A DNA stretch of 63,632 nucleotides, filler included, from Choristocarpus tenellus KU-1152 (lineage: Eukaryota > Protista > Phaeophyceae), in assembly GCA_964200185.2 (NCBI GenBank). It is 11 parts of 11 records of this genome, joined end to end, with 100 filler letters (N's around TTAATTAATTAA, not from the genome) between each part and the next. Parts side by side here need not be neighbours in the genome. Positions count along the whole stretch, not along the records: positions 1 to 3,166 come from CAXNAD020021829.1; positions 3,267 to 6,064 come from CAXNAD020024665.1; positions 6,165 to 9,473 come from CAXNAD020020889.1; positions 9,574 to 13,264 come from CAXNAD020018489.1; 7 more parts are not named here. One strand, written 5' to 3'. The notes under the pieces were generated by a model that made no database searches, had not been told where the DNA came from, and saw nothing but the letters and a program-made list of their open reading frames with translations. The translations under genes and the position numbers were made by a program. Each line of letters begins with the position of its first letter. Within the stretch, counting starts at the first letter, position 1. Of this stretch, positions 1 to 12,472 are shown one piece after another.

Positions 1-313
1 GGTTGGGTGGGTTTTTTTTTTTTTTTTTTTGTTTTTTTGTTTGTTTTGTCCATGTTGTGTCTCGAAGATTTGCCTGGTATTTTTTTTTTTTCTCTGGCAA
101 GATGTTGCTGATGCCTTTTCTGCTTTGTTTGGTTGATTGTGGACTGCGTGAACAGTTCAAGCACGCCCCCCACTTTGTCTGAATCAGCTCTCGAGCCCTA
201 TCCCTTGAAGTCTCCACTTTTTTGTCCATCAGATTCGGGCTCACTTTTGGCCCCCTGCCCCCCTCCACTTGCCCCAATGTGTTCCTTATTCTTTTTTGTT
301 GTCATGGTTGCAG

Positions 314-3122
314 CAATTCAACTCAAAATATGCTCATGGATGACCCAGAGTCAGGGTATGATAGCAATGGTCGACATTACCCTGAAAATAGGAATGCCTA
401 TGCTGCTCACAATGATGTGGACAGGGAAGGACAAGTTATGGGTGTCACCTTGCCATGGCGAAGCCCGGTGCGTGCCTAAGGTGTTTTTTGATTGTTCTTC
501 TAAGCGTTGTGTTCTTGGTTTGCAGTGCACTTTTTTACCCAGGATCAATCCCCGTATGTGAAGTTGTCCTTCATTTTTGTACCTTGTCTGCTGGTGCTGG
601 GTTGTTTTTGTTGTTATTCTTGCCATTTTGTCCTCTCAGGAAATGCACTTTTTGAGCAAGCAAACATGTACAATGTATTTTGAATCTACAAAATGTACCC
701 GAGGCTGAAAATGGTTTCTCTCTGCGCTATGTCCTACTCAAAACAGACGGGGTTGTTGTTATTTCGAAGAAAGTTGGTTGTAGATTAGAAACAATCGATT
801 TGGCCATTTTGTCACACATGCATCCTTGCTCACTGCTCTCCTTGTTCTTAATCCTTGTGCGGATAATTGTGGTGGTTGCGATTGGTGTGATGTACATGCA
901 GACTGGGTACCACTTACACGATGAAGATACCCTCACTGAGAAGAGCTTCGGACTCAGGGCTGCCAGGTGTGTTAAACCAAGTTGAAGCAAAATGTCTCGC
1001 AATCTTGGTTTTTTTCCTTTATTTTTTTGAACTATTGAGGATAGACAACAAGCTCGTTCTTGTTAGTTTGATACATTTCTTGATACTAACGAAAACCGCA
1101 GGAGTGGAGAGTGTGTTGTCGTGGTGATGCTGACTTGTGTGGGGGGTTATACAGCTCATATCGTACTGGCTTTCACAAATCTGACCAATCAAATCACATC
1201 AAATCAAATTCGATTCATGGTGTAGAAATCAATTTCCGACAAGTCGATAGCTGTTCTTGTTATGAAAAAATCTGAGTTGTGCATGTTGGAGCATATCCTT
1301 CCAAATCATTGATCGAGGAGTTAACTCTTTAGTTTGCGGATCCGAATCATTTTGTACCTGTTCATATTTCTGAGAGTGGTGTGGGACAAATCTTCCGACG
1401 GCATGATGAAGTATTGTACAAGTCAACACACTGAGATTTGTGCAACTTGTGTGCTCACAAGAGCAAATCGTTGGGGCGGAATTAAAATCGATGTATTTGT
1501 ACCAGGGAAGATGTTTGTTTATCTCTTGCAGACAGGAGAGTGGTGCGACAAATACTTGTACACGTTTTTGTTGATGGGGGAGTGGTACGGCAAAGTGATT
1601 TTAAATGTTTTTAGTGAAGGAGTGGTGGTACTGAACTGATAGTTGAAATGTGAGCACAGACCGCTGGTGTATGGAATAATATACAGGTGCTTGTTTGCAG
1701 CTTTAGAGAAGTTATTTTAGGGTCCCCAACATGACACTACTCTACAGACGGCATGTTACTCACAAGCCAACTGAGGCTTCCACAATTTGTTAAGTTTAGA
1801 AACGGGGGTGATGTTTTGTTAGTACTATCTTGGAAGAACGAGGGAATGAAGTGCTGTATCTAATACAGCGGTGGCAACCTAAGAAAAGTGTATGCAATTT
1901 TTTTTTTCCTATCCAAGTACAACGTAATTTTTGGACAGGGTAGTTCTTTGCCACTTACGTCACAGCATTTTTTTTTTTCTCCAAGATTGTTCTTTTCTAC
2001 TAAATCAAAGCATCATATTTGCACAAGTATATTGTTTTGTATGGTTAGGGTTAGGGTTAGGGTTAGATCACAACATAACATTTGTAGACAACTGTTCTTT
2101 CCTGTTGAATCATAGCAAAATAGTTGAACTATCAAGGTGAGGTAGGGACAAATCACTGACATGCGATTGACTTCTCTTGACACACGGGGACAAATCATTT
2201 GTACACGTTAATAACCTGGTGAGTGATATCTACAAATTGTATGTACATGGTAACTAACAAGGTTATATCAACAATCGGGATTTGTATATCATTCATCAAC
2301 ATTGAGATGTACACAGTACGTGATTTGTGGTATAGATGATTCCTGGGTATAAATGATTTACACCTTCACCACCCCTTGGAACTTCAATTGCAAATACTTG
2401 TACATGTATATTTTTTGCTGATTTGTGAAGCTCAAACGATTCGAATAATAATTTGTCCTACATTCGCTGGTTTTGTTGCACTCTGGGGGAATGGCCAAGA
2501 TTGCGATAGAGCTGCAATGGTCTCACTGTTTCCACCTGCAGACCCTGACCCTGTGCATTGTACTGATGGAATAGTTTCCTGCAGTAGTGAGAGTGTTTGC
2601 TTCTAGTTTCACATTTGTTGTTTATGCTAGCTAACCTTTTTTGGTTGGTATGTATGTGTATTTGTGGACAAGGTATGGAGTTTCTTGTTAAAAGTGTTTC
2701 AAAACGAAATATTATTACTTTTTCTTTTGTCCCCCCCTCCCCAACTATTGCTTCTGCGACGTTTTCTTCAATGTCCTAGGGCGGCGTCAAACAAGCTCAT
2801 AAGAGAGGAGTCAGACAAAAGGGTCATGAGGGAACAGGCAGCTGCTTCGCACAGGCTAAATGAGGAGGCCTATGGGGAGAGGGAAGGGGAGGGCTCGTTC
2901 CACAATAGCCACGGTAATATGCGACGACAGCGTAATGCGCCTCCCATACACAATGCCCACTCGACTGACTCTATGGATCGAGGCATTGGGCAGCGTCGAG
3001 TTGTCCCCCCACATTCCAAGTCAGACCAACATTTCAATACTGCTGGCTCCAGCGGACATAACATTGGTAACAACAGAGGAGGGCACAGAGGCCCAAGTAC
3101 AGAGGCAGATCACAGGCACAGG
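314..3122 (+). CDS. Probable internal exons of an unidentified, low-complexity protein (partial)
   Basis: Open, GC-richer segments with splice-like borders: about 314-440 (MLMDDPESGYDSNGRHYPEN), 902-966 (TGYHLHDEDTLTEKSFGLRAA, CAG/GT), 2780-3122 (AASNKLIREE...HRHR, TAG acceptor, GTAAGG donor). No family motif recognised. Confidence 0.4.
1350..1565 (+). repeat. Dispersed unclassified repeat, copy 1
   Basis: Aligns by eye with 49622-49826 (CATATTTC..GGACAAAT..CAACAC..TGTACCAGGGA..TTGCAGA..ACAAATA.TTGTACA). Confidence 0.7.
2043..2066 (+). repeat. Interstitial telomere-type repeat GG(TTAGGG)3TTAG
   Basis: Read directly. Confidence 0.9.
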
Positions 3123-3166
3123 GTAAGGCCTGATCGGGGTCAGCATGATCCTGGGGGGGGGGAATG

Positions 3167-3266
3167 NNNNNNNNNNNNNNNNNNNNNNNNNNNNNNNNNN
3201 NNNNNNNNNNTTAATTAATTAANNNNNNNNNNNNNNNNNNNNNNNNNNNNNNNNNNNNNNNNNNNN
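3167..3266. other. Artificial contig linker
   Basis: N44-TTAATTAATTAA-N44, stops in all six frames; identical design repeated 10 times. Confidence 0.98.
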
Positions 3267-3582
3267 ACCCTTGTCTAGACCCCCCCCCCCTCCCAGATAC
3301 TTTGGGTCTTGCATTCATGGGATGGATAATTAAAATGCACTTTTCCTGATTTTGGTCAAATAGACACCCTGGTATAGACCCCCCCCCCCTCCACATACTT
3401 TCGGTCTATCGTGTTTGTTAGGAATTGGCAATAACCTTGTTCCAGACACACCTTTTTCATAACATAAACATGTTTCCAACTCCGAAACATTTTGGAGTTG
3501 GAAAATGTAAAAAACAAAAGGGAAGCCAAGCTCCAAATGGACAAACAGGGCAAAACTTGTACCCTCTAAGATACTTTCACTC
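3267..3582 (+). mobile_element. Nested MITE ends: family A inside family A inside family B
   Basis: Right termini at 3308 (AGATACTTTGGGTC), 3406 (ACATACTTTCGGTC) and 3582 (CTAAGATACTTTCACTC); after each inner end the sequence resumes in the middle of the host element. Confidence 0.85.
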
Positions 3583-4924
3583 TTCGGGAAGGGTAGGGAT
3601 GTTTGATCAGTTGTAAGCCTTGATGAACATATTTTGAATATATGCTTTACACCCAATATTTCTATAATGTGCAGAGGGAGATGCTGGGCTCTGGAATGTA
3701 AATAGGTATCTTCCTTGTCTGACTAAGGGAGAATGAGGTACATCGAGAATATTTTCAGAGTTGGGTTTGGGTGTTGAGATGTCACAAGAACGATGAGCAC
3801 ACTCGGGCTACCCTTGCTTCCTTCTGATCAAGAGTGCACACACGCTCAAATAGGTCCTGTTGTCAGGTCAAGGCATGCAGCCTTGGCTCTGTGGAGGGGG
3901 GCCAAGTGAAATGAGTACAACCTTCACAAGAGACAATTTCCAAGTCTAAATTTTAACATGTAGCCGTATTGAGGCATTCCTCACGGAAGCCTCTTACTGC
4001 CATGCTCAGCTTCCACCTTTGGTGCCATCCCTGCAGCTTTTTTTTTGCAGTAAGTAAAAATAAGTTCCACAGCAACGAGATGAATCTCCTCTCCCTGTGT
4101 GTCAAGAGCCAAAGTAAACGAGAGGTACCCAGGTTTATGGCAATTTGTATTCTAGGTCTCTTTTCCAATCTCTTGCAACTCACCCATATTTCTCTAGATG
4201 AAGTTCTAAGTTTTTGACCTGAGAGTGTTTATTTCTCTATCGTTTGGAATTTTTCTGACACAATCACAAAATAACCTGTACATATTTGTAAAAAAGTAGA
4301 GTATTGCACGTATTTGCCAATCCTTAAAATGCAACTCTGGGCACCTCTCGTTTTCTTGACCCCAACCTCTCCTGTATTTTCTATTGGGTTGCTCATTGAC
4401 GATTGACAACTCTAACGAATACGTTGTACTGTAAAGACAAAAGAAGTAGTTCGTCATGCACACCACGTGGGCATCATCTGCTGTGTAATTATATTTGTGG
4501 GGAGTGAGCTGGCAACAAACAGCAAGCAATGGTGTGTGCTATTTGGGACCCACATATTATATTTGAGGGCACTTTGTTGTATATGACCGGACTGTGAATG
4601 TACCAAAGTGATGTTTTTTGTAATGAATAGAACAAATTAGACATGGATACAATGACCTTACCACATATTAACAAAGGGCACCAACCAGTTCACATGCTCC
4701 TCAATAGCATACTACAATAATGCAAAATAGTAGTGCACGGTCATGCACGCGCATGTCAATATCCACTTCAGTATGGACAAAAATAAAACCCGTCAACCTC
4801 CATAATAGATGATGAGCGTAATTGAGATAGAAATCTACTCATAATTTCGGATTGATCTCTTATTTTTGGGGGTCCTGGAAAGGAGCATCATGTTCTGAAA
4901 CAACTTTATGAAGATTGGACCAGA

Positions 4925-5099
4925 GGCTCAAAGTATCTGCGGGGGGTGTGGCGGCTGTCCATTTGGGGTCAATCTTTTCATGTCGCGATTTTGGGTGATT
5001 TGGTTGCAACGTCCAATGGATAATGTAAATGCACTTTTCCTGATTTTGGTCCAAATGGACACCCTAGTGTAGACCCCCCCCCCTCAGATACTTTGGGTC
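4925..5099 (+). mobile_element. MITE family A, full copy (175 bp)
   Basis: GGCTCAAAGTATCTG...CAGATACTTTGGGTC inverted termini; internal sequence shared with other copies. Confidence 0.9.
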
Positions 5100-5584
5100 A
5101 GATAGTGTGGACACACTTCAATGTTGTGTAGTTATTGTGGCTGGAGGTACAAAAATTAATTGTTTCAAATGGGTGAAGTAGATGGAAAGCAGGTTCTGCT
5201 GAGGCCGTTGCAGTCAATTGAACTAGGCCAGATGATGAATGGGGTAAGATCAATCGATCAAGCCACTTGGCTTTGTGCCTTCATGCCCAAGTGAATCTTC
5301 TGTCCAAATATAATCCAAGTAAGAGGTCTACAAACACTCAGGGTGGTGTCTATATTCAACATATCCACTGCAGAGGTAACACAACTCTTATCCAATCACT
5401 ACTCCGTCTGACACACAGCGAGGTTCAGACAGTGAAGAGTGTTGACTACTAGAGTGTTTAAAACTGTATGGTGATACATAGAGAGGGGGTCCAGGCAATA
5501 TTTGTTTAAACACGCATTTTTTTTTCTATCTCAGTTTTGGTTGTTCGACAACATTTTTTTGCTCCTCGGTTATATGAGGAGCAG

Positions 5585-5921
5585 GGATTCCATACCAAGC
5601 CACAATATCACAATCGACCAGGAATATTGGCAGCAATGGGTATCTATCTCAGATACCCTGCAGGGGTGCATTCGTCCCTTGGGGACCAAGTAAGCAATTG
5701 CGCTTAGCAATCTGCCTCACTCAACGCCCACCCAGCACCCTACAATCCTCTCAACCTCCAAGTATCAGGTGGTATTATCCTTGCTAGGTTTATTTTCCCT
5801 CTTGCGGAGCAACATGACCACTGCAGCATTACCGATCGCCAGAGGTGCTCCACCTACAATTCGATAGCTCAGATTGCAACAAATAGGCATATCTATATTG
5901 CTGCTGTCTATCCTCAACAAG
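5585..5921 (+). CDS. Possible two exons of an unidentified protein
   Basis: 5585-5689 and 5763-5921 join in frame across a 73-bp GTAAGC..AAG intron (CRGAFVPWGP|ISGGIILARFIFPL); no motif recognised. Confidence 0.25.
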
Positions 5922-6003
5922 GTACCTTGGAACCTTAAGTGCTTATAGACTGCTTGAAAGGCAAGACAAAACCACTCAGAAATATCGCACATATCTAGAA
6001 GGA

Positions 6004-6064
6004 GGTTCAAAGTATCTGGGAGGGGGTGGCGGCTGTCCATTTGGGGTCAATTTTTGAACGTCGC
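6004..6064 (+). mobile_element. MITE family A, left end cut by contig end
   Basis: GGTTCAAAGTATCTGGG..GTCCATTTGGGG. Confidence 0.85.
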
Positions 6065-6164
6065 NNNNNNNNNNNNNNNNNNNNNNNNNNNNNNNNNNNN
6101 NNNNNNNNTTAATTAATTAANNNNNNNNNNNNNNNNNNNNNNNNNNNNNNNNNNNNNNNNNNNN
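6065..6164. other. Artificial contig linker
   Basis: N44-TTAATTAATTAA-N44. Confidence 0.98.
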
Positions 6165-6395
6165 GAGTGAAGTATCTTAGGGGGCACGTGCTTTGCACTG
6201 TTTGTCCGTTTGGGGCTTGGCTTCCCACGGGTTTTATTATGACATTTTCCTATGCTGAAATGTTTCGGAGTAGGAAAAATTTATGCATAATAAAAAGGTG
6301 TGTCTGGAACAAGGATATTGACACTTCCAAACCAAAATTACATGGATTTTGACCCCCAAATGGACACGACCCTACCCTCTAAGATACTTTTACTC
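6165..6395 (-). mobile_element. MITE family B, near-full copy
   Basis: GAGTGAAGTATCTTAG...CTAAGATACTTTTACTC; contig begins exactly at the terminus. Confidence 0.88.
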
Positions 6396-6584
6396 TCGTA
6401 TCTTCTAATTTTAAGAACAAAATGCTCCAAGAGTTCTTCTACTTCAAAGCATGAAGTTTCTTTCCCACCAATTGGCATATTATCTCAGAACGCTCCTCAA
6501 CATATGTATGAAATGCTACATCTCCCCGCCTTAAAGGAGGTACAATAGAGGTTTGGGATGTAGCTTGAGCGAGCCAAGTCAAAC

Positions 6585-9119
6585 CTTCTTTGCGATGTTG
6601 TTGGAGTGCAGCCAGTGGTGCATGATGAGGCTTGTGTATGTCGTGCTATTCTTGTAGTGTTTTTCGTACCATGCGGCACATATCTGGTGCAAATTCTGCT
6701 TGTGATGGGTAAGCATCATCTTGTATATTGTCTGCTGGTATCAGTAGCAGAAATCAGATTCTCCATCAGGGCGGCTACGAAGGTAAAGCCTATCTGTTTT
6801 AAGATATTGCATCAATTATGTCACATCACGAGTAACACCACTACCACTGTTGCTGCCACTGCTGCTGCTGCTGTGACTACTAATATCAAATACTAATAAT
6901 AGCAATAATGATAACTCATGCAACAAAATCGATAAATAATATTTACAACCGTATGTTACATCTCACAACGAACACCCCTACTCATAAACTGATGCAAATG
7001 CTGCAAAGTAGGTGCTGTGGAGTACGTAACAGACCTACTCTGAGCTTTAAATCGTACCCAAAACACACTTTGTTCTACTGGGTGTCGTAACTCTCAATAC
7101 CACACGCATGCAAACGTTTGGTGGATCAAGGTGATAGGAAATTTTTGGCTACCTTTTTCAATCACATCTACCAGCTATGATGCAAAAAATATTGTATAAT
7201 ATATATATATTCATGTTGAGGATTGATGCGATGACCATAGACTTGACAGGATGATATACCACCACTCACCTCCTTAATAGAAGAATGAACAAAACTAAAT
7301 CTCTCGGTCTTGCCAACAACAGTGCGTGATATGAAGTTTGCCTCAATTAGCTTCAACAGAGCGGTGTGCAAGCCACCCCTTTTATTCCCAATGGTTTGCG
7401 GTAGCATATGTAGGAGAAGCTTCATGGAGAATGTTGTGCCGATCACTGGAACGTTTGGAAACGTATGGGGCATGAGTGAGGTGGTTAGAAAATGGTACAA
7501 TGGATGTAGGATTCAAGTAGTTTGACAAATGTGCTCAATCTGGCCTTCTGCCAGATTTAGTTCGAAATCACTTGTAGGTCTGCATCGATTTTATCATCAC
7601 TCTCAAGGTTTGGAGTCACTAGTAGTGTTGAGCCCTGCAATAGTTCTAACAGTTTGGTATTGTCCCAATAAATTCGTACACTAGTTTGTACTTGTCCTGG
7701 ATCCTTGAGAGACTTCTTCAAATTCAAAGGTTCTTGTGCTCAAGAGACGGGTATTTCTATTCAAGAAGACACATGAGTTGGGCAAAAAACAATAGTGGGC
7801 TATGGGAGTGAGGCCTGATTATTAGCCGCCACCATCAATCAGCATGTCAACCTCATAATGTAGGGATTGAGAAACTAAGACTTACCAGTAGCAGCTTTGA
7901 GCACTGTCTGCTCAATTGGCTCCAGAGCATCAAAGCGACTGATGATGAGGTTGTGGAAGAACCCTGCAGGGATATTTTCCAATTTCATCACCGTGCCATT
8001 GTTCAGCAGGCCGTCACGGAGCGACTGCAATATGGTATACATCCAGGATGAGTCGTTTTGTGAAGTGTGTCCTCTATACCAGCACGGGACAATGAGCACT
8101 GTCAATATTAGAAAATACCTTGTCAAGTGATGGCAATTTGTAGTGGGAACTCCACTGATACTTCCACGATTTCAAAGTGTGAAGGAAAAGGTACAGGTGA
8201 AGAGATTTCGTCTTCTGGGTAGGGCGCAACCAACACTTCGACCCAGTCCGACAGAGGATAAAAAAATGAAACCAGAAATTATACGGGACCTGTTACCTTA
8301 CTATCTGACGCTCAGCATCTTGGTTTGGGACCTATCCTAAGCCAAGGGACTCTTCTCATGGGTATATATCCCATCATGCAACACAAGCGGTACTTTGTGT
8401 ATGGAGTAGTCTTGGTGAGGGTGTAGGGTTGGAGTCATTGGTGGAAAGTTGGCATTACAAGCATGTTTGAGACTTGATTTCCCTATTGTTTTGAAAAATT
8501 AGACAAGAGAAGAAAAGGTTCCTCTACGCATTCTGTACAATAAGTCGAATTTTGCGAATTAGTTCGTCGGCATCCTTAAAAAAACAACCCCGGATACCTA
8601 TCACTTACTTTGGCTCACATCTACTTCCAGAATGCTGTGGCACCCATGCTGTCACCCTTGCATCATCGATGAGACAAACAACTCAGCGAGAGAGGAACAA
8701 TGATGACGGCGGAAAAAGCTGAGTCACTAGCACGATACACCACCTACCATGGCAATGTTGCGAACAAACGGGGGGTTTCCATCTCCACTTTTCTCATAGA
8801 GGATCTGGCCTGAGCCGCCAGGAAGGACATCCACATCTGGGTGACTAGCTAAAACTCTCTTTCCAATCACAGCTTGGGCAAGAGTAAGGCAATCCTCTTG
8901 ACTGAGTGGCCTCATCTCTATAGTGGTGCTCATTTCGCACAGGGAACTGAATTCCTGTGATGGAAGGCGGGGGCATTGGGTTGCTAAGGCCAGAGTAACA
9001 TGTACCACAAGTGCAGGGGAGATCGTGACACAGCGATTCGGTATTGAGCACTGGCAAGTTACCTTACAGGGGTCATGATTTGGGCTTGCTGTTAGTCTTG
9101 CGTTGGTCAATTTCCATGG
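6585..9119 (-). CDS. Soluble adenylate cyclase (ADCY10)-like STAND ATPase region, partial multi-exon gene
   Basis: Exons about 9063-9119, 8748-8954 (MRPLSQEDC..ILYEKSGDGNPPFV), about 7886-8073 (LIISRFDALEPIEQTVLKAAT), 7270-7445 (VIG..FSFVHSSIKE), 6585-6731 (TIYKMM..LHQICAAWYE..IMHHW). Spliced joins rebuild VLKAAT|VIG and SIKE|TIY, typical of this family. One junction (8748 to 8073) unresolved; cyclase domain not in the contig. Confidence 0.78.
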
Positions 9120-9284
9120 CTGACATGCAATGTACTCTCACGTTACTCCCTCAAAAATTATATAATTTTCATAGTGTTTAAGGATTCAAGAGGGTGTCAT
9201 GGAAGGAGATGATGACATGTTTGGAAGGTAGTGGAAGCTTAATGATGTGAACAACTGTCCTATGCCTGTTGTTTGATGTTTTCG

Positions 9285-9473
9285 GGATCAAAGTATCTGG
9301 GGGGGGGGGTGGTGGCTCTCCATTCGGGGCCCATTTTTCCATTTCGCGATTTTTGGGTGATTTGGTTGCATGCATCAGATGGATAATGTAAGTTCACTTC
9401 TCCTGGTCATGACCGGGATGGACACCCTAGTGTAGTCACCCCCCCCCCCCCCCCCCCCCCCCCCCAACACCCA
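9285..9473 (+). mobile_element. MITE family A, cut in its C-run by contig end
   Basis: GGATCAAAGTATCTGGGG...GGACACCCTAGTGTAG-Cn. Confidence 0.88.
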
Positions 9474-9573
9474 NNNNNNNNNNNNNNNNNNNNNNNNNNN
9501 NNNNNNNNNNNNNNNNNTTAATTAATTAANNNNNNNNNNNNNNNNNNNNNNNNNNNNNNNNNNNNNNNNNNNN
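9474..9573. other. Artificial contig linker
   Basis: N44-TTAATTAATTAA-N44. Confidence 0.98.
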
Positions 9574-9734
9574 GGGCCCTTCTAAGTGCAAAAACAGTCG
9601 TTGAAAAAAAAATCTCGGTACTTTTTCAAGACCGTTTTCGCAGAACAACCATCCTCATAGCCCCGCTCCATCCTCAATTTTGAAAATCCTCTGTTCCTGG
9701 CCTGAAGAATGAATCTAAAAATGTGAACCAAAAA

Positions 9735-9935
9735 CTCCCACAATACGAACCCGGAGATAAAGTGTGGCTTCACAAACCACATACTTCAGCTGATGCACCG
9801 AACCCCAGGTTATTGTCCCCATGAAGAGGACCTTATGGAGTGAAGGCCCGTTCAACACCCCCTGTTTATCGTGTAAAGCACTTGGAAGGCGAACGTGAAG
9901 TGACAGTTCATGTAGCCAGACTTTAACCCTTTGTC
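9735..9935 (+). mobile_element. Ty3/Gypsy integrase C-terminal GPY/F region, degenerate
   Basis: LPQYEPGDKVWLHKP..RLLSP*RGPYGVK..VYRV..TVHVARL*PF; two in-frame stops. Confidence 0.8.
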
Positions 9936-11997
9936 AGATGGAATTCACACTGGGGGGGTAACGTCAGGGACAGGTCACCTTTTTGAGATTTCCCGACACT
10001 GATGAAGATAATACACAGTCACATACATACATTTACGCGCATCACATTTTGCCATTGAGGCCAGGCCAAGTCATGTGGTGTAGGTCAGACGCATGACTGG
10101 CTCGGTGCAACCTCGACATGAACGATGGATTCGAACCAGCAAAGCCCGAGATCGTGTTTTCTGTTCTGACTGGTCGCAACCAATCACAGTGAATATTGAT
10201 CGACATGGCCCTCTGAGGCTGTCAACATACACTGAACATGCCTCAGTCTCGTATCTCACTTCCTTTCGGAACCTCATCTCTGGTGGTTCTCCTCACACAC
10301 ACCCCATCACGCAGAACTCCAACTCTTCATTTTCGAAACCTCCCCCCATTTCCCAAAAAACCTATCAATTCAGTCTATTCCAGTACAGTGTGTATATCTG
10401 TGTTATCAATTTCTTGGTCGGTAATTCTCTCCACCATCATACCACTTCTGATCTCAGCAAATTCGTCGTAGTAAGGAGGACAAATAGGTTATGCATAGAG
10501 GATCACACGTTTCATATTCCCTCACACATCACATTATTATTCATATTCTTTGGGTACATTTGGTAACCGAGATGTTCGCATTCGAGCACGTCAGATAAAT
10601 TAAGGGATAAATCAAATTTTCACATTCCTTTATTGTACATTTCTCCACTTCCCAACTGCATCTCAATTACATTAAAATCTACATCCATGGATGATGGTGA
10701 TGGAACATTTTTCAAATTTTAGGAGAATACAAAAGTAAAGTATACGTCAGGGACAGGTTCCTTTTTTGGGATCTCCGACACACACATTCTGCGTAAGACG
10801 CGCGGTCATATACACTTGCGCGCGCCAACCACGTCTTTTGAGCTCATCCATACAGACCAGTCCAATAAGACAATCACACCCATAAGATCCGGATTTGAAC
10901 AAAAACGGCCAAAATGGACTATCAGAACGAAGAACCATTCCGATTCTGAATAATCAATTTCTTTGCTGTTACGTTGCTTAGTCATTCTGGAACATCTGTT
11001 GCGTTTTGAGGGTGTTTTTCTGTTCTGTATTTACTGATCTCTTATGAGATTTGAGCCAAGACTTTGAAACTTGGTCCCACCCTCTGAGGTGATGGCGTTT
11101 CCTTCCGGTGATTGTGTTTGCCCCCTTGAGCAGAAAACTTGGCACCTTTGACACTTCCACATACAACCAAATGAATAAAGTTAGCAAAACTTGACAGATA
11201 ATATAGAGATAGAGGATATAGAATATTAAGGTGATACAATATGATGATTATTTTTAGGGAGCACATCTCCTTTTCGAGATGGAGGCCGTCTCATTCAACA
11301 AAATATTATCCGTATCACCATTCTTTGCTAGGTGTTTTAAAGCATGGCACAAAAGAAACATATCTTCTTATTGTGTTTGAGATCCCATATTACAAACTCA
11401 TAATATTTATTTCAAAGACGAGACGGGATGTGTATCTTAAACTTCTAATATTTTCTTTTTTGTACAGATACGAATGAACATAAATGAAAGAGCACTTTTT
11501 CTACAATTAATTCTACTACTATTTTATATCTTGTAACGCTTAGTTTTCTTCAACTTTCTCATCTACTTCTGTTGATTCCTTAAGGTGTTCGACCATTCTC
11601 GTTCATGCCGCGTTTTTCTCGATCATCCATTCGGCATCTTGAGTCAGTGGTCAAACAAATATTACCACCTTGTTGTGAAACAGATGGAAACAGATCGACT
11701 ATGAATGGTGTGATTATCTGTCAGCGCGGTTCACTCAGCCAAGGGTGGTGAAGAGAATCACTGGGCGAGACAGAACAAACAGACGAAGATGAACCGGAAC
11801 CGAGAGGACAAGGTTTTGGTTGAACACGTGCAAGAGGGAAAGGACTTGCAAGGAAAGGTGGGGAACTGATGAAGTGGGGAAGATCACGATTCGCATGGAT
11901 TCTAGAAAAGCAACCCATCAGAAATAGGAGATCCGCCTTCGGAAAAACGTGGTTAAAAAGAGACTTGTGGGAAGACATGGAAATCTATCACGACATT

Positions 11998-12462
11998 CTT
12001 TTTATTGTGCCCACCTCACATTTTGCAGATGTATCAGGGAAAAAAACAACAAAAACTATTCACATGTCAGAATAAACCTTTAAAAAGTTACAGTTATCAT
12101 AAATGTGAAAAATATTCGTCTGTTCGCTATTTTACCACCAGTTATGCTACACCGTTGTGTACCTCTAACCTACCTCAGTCCGGTAATCCAGAGTGAGGGG
12201 CTAGTGAGGCATCCCACGAATCTAACAAGCCCCTCCTTGCCCATCTCCGTCGTGTCTCCAGCCTAAAGCGCATGACCCATCTGGATAGGGCTACCTGTGT
12301 TGTGATAAGAAAATATCTGTCGTACACGGGATTTGAAAGCCACCTTCCTGCAAGAACCTCCTCTCCCTCTCCCCCCTACCGTGTACGTAGGTAGCTCATC
12401 CAGAAAACTCTCCGCTTCCTTCCTGAGGCGCCCAAAACTTCCACCATAGAGGTGTTGAGGTT
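11998..12462 (-). mobile_element. CRE-like non-LTR retrotransposon 3' end, older 5'-truncated copy
   Basis: Diverged direct copy of about 12473-12935 over roughly 460 bp. Confidence 0.7.
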
Positions 12463-12472
12463 CACTCCAAAT

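Noticed and set aside
2043-2066. True chromosome end
   Set aside because: Only about four units with ordinary sequence on both sides
3211-3222. Recurring TTAATTAATTAA palindrome as a biological repeat
   Set aside because: Always centred in exactly 44+44 Ns; it is an assembly linker
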